The notes beneath the pieces are model-generated. The model was not told the origin of the DNA. It saw nothing but the letters and a program-made list of their open reading frames with translations, and did not search any database. A DNA stretch of 64,000 bases, taken from contig OY970320.1 in NCBI GenBank assembly GCA_963716745.1, positions 1,527,865-1,591,864 on the forward strand, in the 5' to 3' direction. Source of the DNA: an uncultured Gemmatimonadaceae bacterium. Its GTDB lineage: Bacteria; Gemmatimonadota; Gemmatimonadetes; Gemmatimonadales; Gemmatimonadaceae. Position numbers and translations under genes: made by a program. How positions within the stretch are numbered: the first letter of the stretch is position 1; each line of letters opens with the position of its first letter. Positions 8,785 to 17,941 of the stretch are shown here, piece after piece.

Positions 8785-9966
8785 ATGTTCACGACCCCAA
8801 CCGCCGGACTCTCGCTGACCCCTTCACGCTCGGCCGCGCGCCCGCGCATCGTGCTCCTCGGCTGCTCTTTCGCCGGGCTCGAATTCCTGTTGCGGTACGC
8901 GCGGCGCACTCGTGCCTTCCGGCCGGGCGAAGTGACAGTGGTGGATCCGCGCACGAGTCATTCGTACGTTCCGCTCGCGCACGAGGTGGCGAGCGGCGCG
9001 CGCGAGGCCGCGGAGCTCGTCTTCGAGACGCCGGCGTTCGTCACCGCGCTCGGCGCTGAGTGGGTGACGAGCGGCGCGCGCTCGGTGGATCCCGCGGCGA
9101 AGACCGTACTGCTCGAGAACGGCCGCGTCCTCGCCTACGATCGCTGCATCGTGGCGGTGGGATCGGTGCCGGCGGTGCCGGCGGAACTCGACGGCAAGGC
9201 GGGCGTCATCGCCGCGAAGTGGATACCGGATGCCGCCGCGCTCAACGCGCGCCTGCACGTGCTGCGCGCGACGGGCGCGCGCATGATGCGCGTGGTGGTC
9301 GCCGGCGGCGGACTCACCGCCGTGGAGTGGAGCGCGGAGCTGGCGAGCGCGCGCGTGGAGGGCACGCGGATCGCGGTGACGCTCATCGGTTCGGAGCCCC
9401 GGCTGCTGCCGGCGTTCGCGCCGCATATCGCGCGCCGCGCGAGCCGCGCGCTGGAGTCGGTGGGCGTCGGAATGGTGTTCGGCCGCCGCGTGGCCGGCTT
9501 CGCGGGCGACCGCGCGCTGCTCGCGGACGGCGCGGCCTTCCCTGGCGACGTGCTGCTGTGGGCGGGCGGCGTACGCGCGAACCCGGTGCTCGCCGAGTTC
9601 GGCGCACCGCTCGGCGAGGACGGCCGCATCGTGGTGACGCCGCGCCTCGAGGTGAACGGGTGCGACGGACTGCACGTGATCGGCGATGCCGCGCAGATCG
9701 TGGAGGACGGGAACCCGTGGCCCACGATGCGGCGCGCGATCGAGGCGATCTGGCAGGGCGCGCTGCTCGCGCGGCGGATCGCCGGACACTATGCCGTTGG
9801 CTCCGGACCATCGCACCGCCTGCGCACCGATTTCTGGTACGGCCTCTCGCTCGGCGCGAAGAAGAGCGCCATTGTGCGTGGCGGGCGACTGGATGAACGA
9901 TCGGTGTATGTCGCGGCGCGCCGCGGGCTGCAATGGGCGTACTACCGCCGGTTCCCGGTTCGATAA
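8785..9966 (+). CDS. NAD(P)/FAD-dependent oxidoreductase, type II NADH dehydrogenase-like
   Basis: RIVLLGCSFAGLEF, VVVAGGGLTAVEWSAELA and GLHVIGDAA give a two-Rossmann pyridine-nucleotide-disulfide oxidoreductase layout. Confidence 0.65.
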   Translation: MFTTPTAGLSLTPSRSAARPRIVLLGCSFAGLEFLLRYARRTRAFRPGEVTVVDPRTSHSYVPLAHEVASGAREAAELVFETPAFVTALGAEWVTSGARSVDPAAKTVLLENGRVLAYDRCIVAVGSVPAVPAELDGKAGVIAAKWIPDAAALNARLHVLRATGARMMRVVVAGGGLTAVEWSAELASARVEGTRIAVTLIGSEPRLLPAFAPHIARRASRALESVGVGMVFGRRVAGFAGDRALLADGAAFPGDVLLWAGGVRANPVLAEFGAPLGEDGRIVVTPRLEVNGCDGLHVIGDAAQIVEDGNPWPTMRRAIEAIWQGALLARRIAGHYAVGSGPSHRLRTDFWYGLSLGAKKSAIVRGGRLDERSVYVAARRGLQWAYYRRFPVR

Positions 9967-9967
9967 G

Positions 9968-10061
9968 AACTACTTTGACAGGATTAACATGATCGACATC
10001 ATGATGGACAACGGGCGTCGTTCATCATGATGTCGATCATGTTAATCCTGTCAAAGCAGTT
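9968..10061. repeat. Family-1 palindromic element, copy A (about 38-bp arms, GACAGGATTAACATGAT core at the outer ends)
   Basis: cTTTGACAGGATTAACATGATCGACATCATGATG (9973-10006) pairs with CATCATGATGTCGATCATGTTAATCCTGTCAAAg (10023-10056). The stem extends with AACG/CGTT and flanking AAC/GTT. It lies between the ndh-like stop and the acs start. Confidence 0.85.
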
Positions 10062-10094
10062 GTCATGAATCTGGCGACGGCCCCGTCGCGCATC

Positions 10095-10100
10095 TAGAAT
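10095..10100 (+). promoter_or_regulatory. -10-like hexamer TAGAAT, 7 nt upstream of the ATG at 10108 of acs
   Basis: gcgcatcTAGAATgtgtcccATGtctgac. No SD sequence. This supports 10108 rather than 10099 as the start. Confidence 0.3.
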
Positions 10101-10107
10101 GTGTCCC

Positions 10108-12071
10108 ATGTCTGACGATATCGACGTCCTCCTCCACGAGCACCGGAAATTCCCGCCGCCCGCGAATTTCGCGAAAGGGGCGCACGTCAATTCCACCGCA
10201 ATGCACGAGCGCGCCGCGAAGGACTACGAAGCGTTCTGGGCGGAGATGGCGCATGAGCTCGAGTGGTCGAAGCCCTGGAGCAGAGTGCTCGAGTGGGATC
10301 CGCCGTGGGCGAAGTGGTTCACCGGCGGCACGCTGAACGCGAGCGTGAATTGTCTCGACCGCCATGTGCGCGGCGCGCGTCGCAACAAGGCGGCGCTCGT
10401 GTGGGAGGGCGAGCCGGGCGATACGCGGACGCTCACATACTGGGACCTGTACCGCGAGGTGAACAAGTTCGCGAACGTGCTCGACTCGCTGGGCGTGAAG
10501 CGCGGCGATCGCGTGGCGATCTACCTGCCGCTCATCCCCGAGGTCGTGATCGCGATGCTCGCGTGCGCGCGCATCGGCGCGCCGCACTCGGTGGTGTTCG
10601 GCGGCTTCTCGAGCGACAGTCTGCGCGACCGGATCAACGATGCGCAGTGCAAAGTGCTCGTCACCGCCGACGGCGGCTACCGGCGCGGCACGATGCTGCC
10701 GCTCAAGCGCAACGCCGATAAGGCGCTCGAGGAGACGCCGTCGATCAAGCACGTGGTAGTGGTGAAGCGCACCGGCGATGGCAGCGAGAGCCACGCCGAG
10801 ATGACGGAGGGGCGCGACCACTGGTGGCACCGCCTCATGAAGAACGCGGCGGCGTACCGCGAACCGGAGCAGATGGGCGCCGAAGATGTGCTCTACATCC
10901 TGTATACGAGCGGCACCACCGGGATCGCCCAAGGGCATCGTGCACACCACCGGCGGCTACATGACCGTTGCGCACGCCACCACGAAACTGGTGTTCGACC
11001 TGAAGGAGGACGACGTCTACTGGTGCACCGCCGATGTCGGCTGGGTCACCGGACACACATATCTCGTGTACGGGCCGCTCTCCAACGGCGCGACGTGTGT
11101 GATGTACGAAGGCGCCCCCGACTGGCCCGAGAAGGATCGCTTCTGGGAGATCTGCGAGAAGTTCGGCGTCACGATCTTCTACACCGCGCCCACCGCGATC
11201 CGCGCGTTCATGAAGTGGGGGAAGGAGCACGTGCTCAAGCACGATCTCTCCCGCCTCCGTCTGCTCGGCTCCGTGGGCGAGCCGATCAATCCGGAAGCGT
11301 GGATCTGGTACCACGAGAACGTCGGCAAGGAGCGCTGCCCCATCGTGGACACGTGGTGGCAGACGGAGACCGGCAGCATCCTGATATCGCCGCTCCCGGG
11401 CGTGACGCAGGACCAAACCCGGCAGCGCGACCATGCCGTTCCCGGGGATCTTCGCCGATCTGCTCGACGCGAACGCGAGACCCATCGCGGTGGGCGGCGG
11501 CTTGCTCGCGATCACCAAGCCGTGGCCTTCGATGCTTCGCACGATCTGGGGCGACCCCGACCGCTACGTGCAGACGTACTTCTCGAAGTGGAAGGACCGC
11601 CCCGATCTGTACTTCCCTGGCGACGGCGCGAAGCGCGACGACGAGGGCTATTTCTGGATCCTGGGCCGCGTGGATGATGTGCTCAACGTCGCAGGCCATC
11701 GCATCGGCACCATGGAGGTGGAGAGCGCGCTCGTCTCGCATCCCGCGGTGGCCGAGGCGGCGGTGGTGGGCAAAGCGCATGAGCTGAAGGGACAGGCGAT
11801 CGCGGCGTTCGTGACGCTGCGCGAAGGGCAGAGAGCCTCGCCCGCCCTGCGCGACGACCTGCGCGAGCACGTCGCGCAGAAGATCGGCGCGCTCGCCCGC
11901 CCCGACGACATCCTCTTCTCGGCCGACCTGCCGAAGACGCGCTCCGGAAAGATCATGCGCCGGCTGCTGCGCGACATCGCCGAAGGACGCGCGCTGGGCG
12001 ACGTGACGACCCTCGCCGATCCCGCGGTCGTCGCGAAGCTGAAGGATCAGTACGAGGCGACGGAGTCCTGA
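10108..12071 (+). pseudogene. acs: Acetyl-CoA synthetase (AMP-forming), two frame breaks
   Basis: Three consecutive frames carry full-length Acs: ...[10 protein letters not shown] | [13 protein letters not shown]...[18 protein letters not shown] | [12 protein letters not shown]...[15 protein letters not shown]. The joins are at about 10924 and about 11415. An alternative start is at 10099. Confidence 0.9.
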
Positions 12072-12164
12072 ACGAACTGCTTGACAGGATTAACAAGATG
12101 GACAGGATGAACAACAAGCGTTGTTCATCCTGTCCATCTTGTTAATCCTGTCAAGCAGTTCGTT
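12071..12164. repeat. Family-1 palindromic element, copy B (perfect 45-bp arms, 4-nt loop)
   Basis: AACGAACTGCTTGACAGGATTAACAAGATGGACAGGATGAACAAC aagc GTTGTTCATCCTGTCCATCTTGTTAATCCTGTCAAGCAGTTCGTT. It starts at the last base of the acs stop codon and covers the last 14 nt of the convergent VKOR gene. Confidence 0.9.
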
Positions 12165-12576
12165 GAGATCGCAGATCCGCGATGGACGTCATGAGAATCC
12201 CGAGCATGATGCACGCCGACGTCACGCACCAGATGCAGATCGCGTGGATCACGAAGAGTTCGAGGTACGTGAGCCACATCGAGAACAGCACGCTCCAACC
12301 CGAGATCGCGACCATCATGTAGGAGATCGCGCGCGACTCGGAGCCGCGCTCGGAGAGTCCCGCGATCGCGAGCACGAAGAGCACGACGTATGTCGCGAGC
12401 CCCCATGCCGCCACCGGCAAGCCGAGGAAGGTGGCCCAGCGGCTCGTGTTCACCGTCTCGCACTCGCCCACCGAGCAGGCGAGCTCGCCGATCACCCCCA
12501 CCTTGTAGAGCGTGAGGTAGAGCGCGACGAACGCGCCCGCCAGCGCGAGGACGGCGATGACCTGCCGCGTCCTCAC
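12151..12576 (-). CDS. Vitamin K epoxide reductase (VKOR) family membrane protein
   Basis: 141 aa with 4 TM segments. It has loop Cys residues (ACSVGEC) and CIWC in the last helix. It is 4-nt coupled to the upstream DsbA-like gene. Confidence 0.75.
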   Translation of the reverse strand: MRTRQVIAVLALAGAFVALYLTLYKVGVIGELACSVGECETVNTSRWATFLGLPVAAWGLATYVVLFVLAIAGLSERGSESRAISYMMVAISGWSVLFSMWLTYLELFVIHAICIWCVTSACIMLGILMTSIADLRSQRTA

Positions 12577-13337
12577 GGCTTCTTGGCGGTCTTCGGTCCT
12601 GCGGGTGCCGCGGCGGGCGGCTGGGTCGCGGCGCTGTCCACGTACGATTTGAACTCATCGTAGCCGATCGCGCCCGCCACCTTCCTCCGCCCGATCACGA
12701 ACGTGGGCGTCTGCGAGACGCCAATGCGGTCGCCTTCCTTGCGGTTGCCGTAGATGCGCGTGAGGTGCTGCTGTTCCTCGAAGCACTTCTTCCAGTCGGC
12801 CACGTTCAGACCGATCTGCTTGGCGTACTCGGCGAAGAACTTGCCCGGGTTGTTCGTCGCCTCGGTGGACCACTCGGGCTGATTGAAGAAGAGCGCGTCA
12901 TGCATCTCCCAGAATTTCTTCTGGTCGTCGGCGCACGCCGCCGCGATGGATGCGCGCAGCGAGTTCTGGTGCTGCGGCAGCGGGAAATCGTAGTAGTGGT
13001 AGCTCACGAGACCGGCCTGCACGAGGCGGCGGCGCACGTCGGGCTCGGTGACGAGCGAGAACTGCCCGCACGCCGGACACTCGTAGTCCGCGAACTCCAG
13101 CACTTGCACGGGCGCGTTGGGATTGCCGAGCAGATAGCCCTGCGCCGCAGCCGCGGTGACGTCCACTTCCTGTACGGGCGCCGATTTGGGGCGGGAAGCG
13201 ACCGAGAGCAGCCATGCGCCGCCGGCGATGATGACGATCGCGATCAGGATCCAGAAGCCGCGCGAATTCTTCGCCGGCTTCTTCTTCTTCACCACTCCCG
13301 GTCGCTGTCCCTTTCCCTCTTTTCGTCCGGCTGCCAT
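12573..13337 (-). CDS. DsbA-family thiol:disulfide oxidoreductase (membrane-anchored)
   Basis: N-terminal TM segment (FWILIAIVIIAGGAWLL) and thioredoxin-fold active site YECPACGQF. Confidence 0.8.
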   Translation of the reverse strand: MAAGRKEGKGQRPGVVKKKKPAKNSRGFWILIAIVIIAGGAWLLSVASRPKSAPVQEVDVTAAAAQGYLLGNPNAPVQVLEFADYECPACGQFSLVTEPDVRRRLVQAGLVSYHYYDFPLPQHQNSLRASIAAACADDQKKFWEMHDALFFNQPEWSTEATNNPGKFFAEYAKQIGLNVADWKKCFEEQQHLTRIYGNRKEGDRIGVSQTPTFVIGRRKVAGAIGYDEFKSYVDSAATQPPAAAPAGPKTAKKP

Positions 13338-13603
13338 GTGGTCGGCTCCCAGTGTGGTTCGTTGGCTTGGCTTTCGCTCACGATACGCCGGCTCTCCGCG
13401 ATCTCGGGCGTGTCGTACGTCGCGCGCACTTCGTAATGGAAGAGCTCGCTGCGGATGTCGCCGATGAGTTTCATGAGTTCGCCGGCATGCGCCAGCAGCT
13501 CGCCGCGCTCATCGAGAGCGACGATCCGTGCCGCCAACGACCTGAGCAGGGCCTGGAGCGCCCGCGCGCGGCCGTCGCCGTAGGTCTCTTCCGGCTCCGT
13601 CAT
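13289..13603 (-). CDS. Hypothetical protein
   Basis: ORF 13289..13639 trimmed to the ATG at 13603 (MTEPEETYGDG). Charged and helical-looking, with no recognisable family. Confidence 0.4.
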   Translation of the reverse strand: MTEPEETYGDGRARALQALLRSLAARIVALDERGELLAHAGELMKLIGDIRSELFHYEVRATYDTPEIAESRRIVSESQANEPHWEPTTWQPDEKRERDSDREW

Positions 13604-13709
13604 TCGAGGAAAGCTAGGGCCTGCGACAGACCCCGGCAATTCGCCGGACGCACTACACCGGGAGGCGATCTTCGATTAGATTCATGGGTCCTCATACCGT
13701 GCAGGGAGA

Positions 13710-13991
13710 ATGGCCAAGGATAGGAATCGCCAGCGCGAGAAGAGCGTGAGTACGCCCTTCGAGCAGGCGCGCGACGAGATGTTCCAACAGATCATCCAGT
13801 GCGGCGTGCTTCAGTCGTCGCCCGAGCACCAGATAGAGTGGCTCGACGATACGATGTCGTACCTCGCGGACCGATACCACGAACTCCAGCCCCGCGACGT
13901 CACCGAACTCAAGACCCTCGGCGTTCGTTTCTGCCAGCCGCCCAAGGCGCGCGTGGCGGATGAGCCGGCGGACGAGAATGTCGCGGCGTAA
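13710..13991 (+). CDS. Hypothetical protein (93 aa)
   Basis: The ATG is preceded by AGGGAGA. The composition looks protein-like (FEQARDEMFQQIIQCGVL). It is followed by a strong intrinsic terminator. Confidence 0.5.
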   Translation: MAKDRNRQREKSVSTPFEQARDEMFQQIIQCGVLQSSPEHQIEWLDDTMSYLADRYHELQPRDVTELKTLGVRFCQPPKARVADEPADENVAA

Positions 13992-14032
13992 ACAGCAACG
14001 GCGTGTGTGGCGTCTGGCGTATGGTACGACTG

Positions 14033-14064
14033 AAAAGCCCCTGCGTTCGCGCGGGGGCTTTGTG
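14033..14064 (+). terminator. Intrinsic terminator (9-bp GC stem, UUCG tetraloop, T-run)
   Basis: aaaaGCCCCTGCG-ttcg-CGCGGGGCtttgtg. The stem 14037-14045 pairs with 14050-14058, with one G-U pair. Confidence 0.7.
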
Positions 14065-14083
14065 CATCCCGTGGTCGGCGCGC

Positions 14084-14089
14084 TATACT
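14084..14089 (+). promoter_or_regulatory. -10-like hexamer TATACT, 7 nt upstream of the GTG at 14097
   Basis: ggcgcgcTATACTcagcagcGTGcac. Confidence 0.3.
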
Positions 14090-14096
14090 CAGCAGC

Positions 14097-14942
14097 GTGC
14101 ACTCCAACAGGAACCGGTATCGAATGACGGGACATGCCTCGGCTCGCGCGCACCGCTCGGCGGCGGCGCTAATTGCGGCGTTCGCCACGTTGGGGGCCGT
14201 CGGCGCCTGTGGCGGGCATGTCGCCGCCACCGATGAGACCCCGTCGCCCCATGAGGCGCACGCCGCGTGGAGCTACAGCGGAGCGAAGGGCCCCAAGCAC
14301 TGGGCCTCGCTCGACACGGCGTACAAGCTCTGTTCCGACAGCAATAACCAATCGCCGATCAATATCGACAGCGCCAAGCTGGTGGACGCCGAGAACATCG
14401 AGTTCCACTATGAGCCGAGCAAGATCAACATCGTGAACAACGGGCACACGATCGAGGTCGAGTACGAGCCGGGGAGCTACGTCACGCTCGTGGGCGTGCG
14501 CTACGATCTGGTGCAGTTCCACTTCCACATGCCAGGCGAGCACAAGACGAAGGGCAAGCTGCGCGACGGCGAGCTGCATCTCGTGCACAAGAGCGCCGAT
14601 GGCCATATCCTCGTCATCGGGGTGATCCTCTACCACACGCAGACCGACAATGCCGCGTTCGCGTCGGTGTGGGAGAACATCCCGAAGAAGCCGGGCGAGA
14701 TGCAGCATCTCAATGCGCAGACCAACGCGAGTCTGTTCCTGCCGGCCAGCCGCGCGACGTACCGCTACGACGGATCGCTCACGACCCCGCCGTGCACCGA
14801 GGGCGTGCTCTGGAACGTCATGGTCGACTCGGTGGCCATGTCGCAGGGCCAGATGCTCGACTTCATGCACATCGTTGGCGACAACTACCGGCCAGTGCAG
14901 CCGCTGGGCGGGCGGCCGCTGCTCAAGGACGCGACGCCCTAG
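14097..14942 (+). CDS. Alpha-class carbonic anhydrase, secreted
   Basis: WSYSGAKGPKHW, QSPINI, NNGHTIEV, QFHFHMPGEH, ELHLVHK, YRYDGSLTTPPCTEGV. Signal peptide/lipobox-like AAFATLGAVGAC. An alternative start is the ATG at 14124. Confidence 0.9.
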   Translation: MHSNRNRYRMTGHASARAHRSAAALIAAFATLGAVGACGGHVAATDETPSPHEAHAAWSYSGAKGPKHWASLDTAYKLCSDSNNQSPINIDSAKLVDAENIEFHYEPSKINIVNNGHTIEVEYEPGSYVTLVGVRYDLVQFHFHMPGEHKTKGKLRDGELHLVHKSADGHILVIGVILYHTQTDNAAFASVWENIPKKPGEMQHLNAQTNASLFLPASRATYRYDGSLTTPPCTEGVLWNVMVDSVAMSQGQMLDFMHIVGDNYRPVQPLGGRPLLKDATP

Positions 14943-14955
14943 TGGGCCTCTGCCA

Positions 14956-15861
14956 TCAGTGCGCGCCGCAGGACGAGACCGGCAGGGTGGAGTAGGCCAT
15001 TCCTTCCGGCGCGATCTCCACGCGCACAGCGAATCGCTGCGCGCCCGGCGGCTGATCCTTCACGTTCGAGCCCACGATCATCGCGAGCCGGCGCACCGCG
15101 GAATCGGGAATGGTCGACCGGGTGATCGCGAGCGGATACATGCCGCCGGTGGAGTCGAAGGCGAGCTCGAAGATCGCGTTGCCGGCCGGCAGCGGCGGCG
15201 TCGCGCCGGTCACCATCATGCTGACCACGCCGGTGTCGAGCACCTCGGCGATCTTGGGCGGCGCCGCGGGCGCTTTCGCACAATTCGGATCGATGACCTT
15301 ATTGCCCACGGATCCGGGGAACTGGACCGTCCAGAACAACTGGCGAAGCGGCAGCAGATCGGACTGGTACTGCGCGACGATCGCGACGTCCACGACGCCG
15401 ATCCCGTCGCTGGCGAGCCACTCCGCGAACAGCGTGACGCTCGCGGTGCTCGTGGGGATGGCAGAGATGTCGTGTCGGGCCATCGACTCGGCGTTCAGCG
15501 ACGAGACCGCGCTGAGGCTCGCGGGAATGGTATAGAGCGTGATCGTGGCGGGGCGTCCCCCGAGCATGACATGGCACGTTTTCAGGCTCTGCATGTTCGG
15601 CTGCCGAGGCATCCTGTGGCCAACCCACAGATGAACCGTCACCTTGCCCGTCGAGTACGTCTGATAGTAGCTGGTCGACGCGGAGACCGCGAAGCTCGAC
15701 GGGACTTGCATCGTGACTCCGCTGACAGTCACCTGCATCGAACCCGCGGCGGCCGGCGGTGGCGCGCCACACAAGTCGTCGGCTGAACCGTTCGCGGCCG
15801 GTGGGGCGATCGGCGTGCGAGCCAAGATGCCCGAGATGACGAGCGCGATTGCGATGCTCAT
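14956..15861 (-). CDS. Hypothetical exported protein
   Basis: ORF 14956..15900 trimmed to the ATG at 15861 (MSIAIALVISGILA, N-terminal hydrophobic segment). No family recognised. Confidence 0.45.
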   Translation of the reverse strand: MSIAIALVISGILARTPIAPPAANGSADDLCGAPPPAAAGSMQVTVSGVTMQVPSSFAVSASTSYYQTYSTGKVTVHLWVGHRMPRQPNMQSLKTCHVMLGGRPATITLYTIPASLSAVSSLNAESMARHDISAIPTSTASVTLFAEWLASDGIGVVDVAIVAQYQSDLLPLRQLFWTVQFPGSVGNKVIDPNCAKAPAAPPKIAEVLDTGVVSMMVTGATPPLPAGNAIFELAFDSTGGMYPLAITRSTIPDSAVRRLAMIVGSNVKDQPPGAQRFAVRVEIAPEGMAYSTLPVSSCGAH

Positions 15862-15982
15862 TGCTAGGTCCTCCGGCGTGACTGGAGGCGCAGGGATCAA
15901 CGCCCCCTGTCGACACTACGCGCCACTCGGCGCCATCGCTAGGCTCGATTCGACGTGACGATTGGAATGCTCCAATCCGGCG

Positions 15983-16474
15983 CTACCGCCCGCGCACCGT
16001 CGCGCGCCGGAGTCCGAGTCCGATCTGTACGCCACCGCCGTATCCGGCCTCCACGAACGGAGTCCACGATCCCCACTTCGGGCCCTCGAGTCCGACGAGC
16101 GCCACGAGCGCGCCGCGCCACGATGGCGCCGCTTCATAGCGGAGACTCAGGCCGCCGGTGCCGTAGAGCGCCCACTGCTCTTTGCGATCCGGATCGAGCA
16201 CGTAGCGCCCCAGCAGGTCGAAGCGCGCGCTGAATTCACCCACGCCGCTCGCGAGAGTGCTGCCCGCGCCGCCGAGCGCAACGAGCCGGAAGCTCGGGTC
16301 GAGGAAGAACGCCACCGCCGCCGCGCCCTGCACCGTGGTCGTGCTCGCGAGGAACACATCGGCGCGCCCCTCCCACTGCGGGCCTGGCACACTCTGCGCC
16401 GCGCTCGACGTCGCCGCGAACGCGACCGCCGCGATGACCGAGCGGTAGCGCCACGCACAACTCTTGTTCCTCAC
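15983..16474 (-). CDS. Hypothetical small outer-membrane beta-barrel-like protein
   Basis: Signal peptide (VIAAVAFAATSSAAQ), Gly/aromatic-rich alternating segments, and a C-terminal aromatic-containing strand. Confidence 0.4.
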   Translation of the reverse strand: MRNKSCAWRYRSVIAAVAFAATSSAAQSVPGPQWEGRADVFLASTTTVQGAAAVAFFLDPSFRLVALGGAGSTLASGVGEFSARFDLLGRYVLDPDRKEQWALYGTGGLSLRYEAAPSWRGALVALVGLEGPKWGSWTPFVEAGYGGGVQIGLGLRRATVRGR

Positions 16475-16995
16475 GCTTTTCGCCGTGTGCGTGAGAGGTA
16501 CATCGTATAATCAATGATCGCCCACGCCGAGCACCCCGCCACGACCCAGATGTACCACGCGAGCCACGCGGGCTCGAGCAGGATCACGAACAGCGCGGCG
16601 ATCTGGAGCGTGGTGAGCACTTTGCCGGAGAGCCGCGCCTTGAAATCGCTGACCTCGAGACCCGGCAGATAGTGCGCGACGAGGAGCCCCACCGCCGTCG
16701 CGAGGTCGCGGGAGATGATGATGAAATAGTCGCGGGTGGTGAGCGAGCCGTCGAACAGGAATGCCGAGAGCGCGAGGAGCACGAATGTCTTGTCGGCGAT
16801 CGGGTCGAGCAGCGCGCCCACGCGCGTGCTGGCGCCCTGACGCGCGAGCCAGCCGTCCAACAGATCGGTAAGCGCGGCTGCACTGATGAGCGCGAGACGC
16901 GCGGTAGTGCCGTGCACCGCCACGAACGCCGCGGCCAGCGGGATGCGCGCGAAGGACAGCAGGTTCGGAACGGTGAACACGCGGTTCTGCTGCAC
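16471..16995 (-). CDS. CDP-alcohol phosphatidyltransferase (PgsA-like)
   Basis: VPNLLSFARIPLA...DLLDGWLARQGASTRVGALLDPIADK is the D-G-x2-A-R-x8-G-x3-D-x3-D signature. Confidence 0.8.
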   Translation of the reverse strand: MQQNRVFTVPNLLSFARIPLAAAFVAVHGTTARLALISAAALTDLLDGWLARQGASTRVGALLDPIADKTFVLLALSAFLFDGSLTTRDYFIIISRDLATAVGLLVAHYLPGLEVSDFKARLSGKVLTTLQIAALFVILLEPAWLAWYIWVVAGCSAWAIIDYTMYLSRTRRKA

Positions 16996-17053
16996 GCCGC
17001 AAGCTAGATGGACCGCTCCGCGCTTGCCAGCGCGGGGCGTTGGACGCTATTTC

Positions 17054-17524
17054 ATGGATATGTCCGCCACCATCGAGATCCTCAAGACGATCAACATCTT
17101 CAAGGACCTCACGCCCGAGGAACTCGGCCGCGTCTCGGAACTCTGCGAGGAGCGGAAATACGAGTCGGGGGTGTACGTGTTCCATGAAGGCGAGCCGGGC
17201 AACCGGCTGTTCATCATCGTCGAGGGCGCGGTGCGGATCTCGCGCCAGATCCCGGGCGCCGGTGAAGAGGCGCTCGCCGTGCTCAAGAAGGGCGCGCTCT
17301 TCGGAGAGATGGCGGTATTCGACAAGAGCGAGCGCTCCACCGACGCGATCGCCGACGGCGGTGTGACCGTGCTCACGATCTCGCGCCCCGAATTCGAGAT
17401 GCTCCTCGAATTCAACAAGGAGCTGGGCACGAAGATGCTCTGGGCCGTGATCCGGATGCTCTCCATGCGACTCCGCAGCACGAACGACTCGCTCAAATCG
17501 TTCCTGGCGATGAGTATGTTCTAA
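17054..17524 (+). CDS. Cyclic-nucleotide-binding domain protein (stand-alone cNMP/Crp-type sensor domain)
   Basis: ORF 16886..17524 trimmed to the ATG at 17054. FKDLTPEEL...GEPGNRLFIIVEGAVRI...GALFGEMAVFD...RSTDAIA. Confidence 0.75.
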   Translation: MDMSATIEILKTINIFKDLTPEELGRVSELCEERKYESGVYVFHEGEPGNRLFIIVEGAVRISRQIPGAGEEALAVLKKGALFGEMAVFDKSERSTDAIADGGVTVLTISRPEFEMLLEFNKELGTKMLWAVIRMLSMRLRSTNDSLKSFLAMSMF

Positions 17525-17575
17525 CTGCGGACGACGGGCTGTTACGCTTCTACCGCTCCAGGCATCTAGTACTAA

Positions 17576-17941
17576 ATGCCCGCGACCATCCCGCCTCCCG
17601 CCTTGTCCGCGTTCACGCACGTCGCCGCCGATCTCATCGGGGTGACGGGCGACGCGCTGCGCGATGTCTCGGCGCTCGGCGGGCTGCTTATCGCGGCGGC
17701 GGGCGCGGCGGGCTACGGCACGATCGGGGCGCCGGTGGTGAAGCAGTTGCCGGGCGGCGACGTCGCCGGGGTGCTGCTGCTCGACGGCTGCCACATCGCG
17801 CTGCATTCGTTCCCCGAGCGCGAATTGCTCCTCCTCGACATCCTCGCCCCCGCCTCGCGCGACGCGCGGAAGGCGCTGGACGTATTCGCGAAGCGTCTGG
17901 TTCCGCGGCAGATCAGGAGCGAGGCCCGGCCGAGGGGTTAG
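17576..17941 (+). CDS. S-adenosylmethionine decarboxylase-related (SpeH-fold) protein, atypical cleavage site
   Basis: AGVLLLDGCHIALHSFPERELLLLDILA aligns with SpeH [25 protein letters not shown]. The H-x-[FW]-PE motif is present, but the self-processing Glu-Ser is replaced by Gly-Cys. Confidence 0.5.
   Translation: MPATIPPPALSAFTHVAADLIGVTGDALRDVSALGGLLIAAAGAAGYGTIGAPVVKQLPGGDVAGVLLLDGCHIALHSFPERELLLLDILAPASRDARKALDVFAKRLVPRQIRSEARPRG

Noticed and set aside
9686-10196. Small ORFs crossing the palindromes give look-alike peptides such as FDRINMIDIMM (9686..10030, 9999..10196, 41090..41425, 41117..41497).
   Set aside because: The similarity on both strands is a trivial consequence of translating a palindrome. 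The ORFs otherwise consist of the out-of-frame ends of neighbouring genes.
6334-12071. Programmed ribosomal frameshifting as an explanation for the +1 frame changes in KAS, acs and others.
   Set aside because: There are too many sites (up to five in one gene), they share no slippery or stimulatory motif, and they affect unrelated housekeeping genes. Insertion-type consensus errors or decay are far more plausible.
14956-16474. Attempted functional calls (TonB-C-like, OmpW-like) for the two exported hypothetical proteins.
   Set aside because: I could identify no diagnostic motifs by eye, so I left them as hypothetical.
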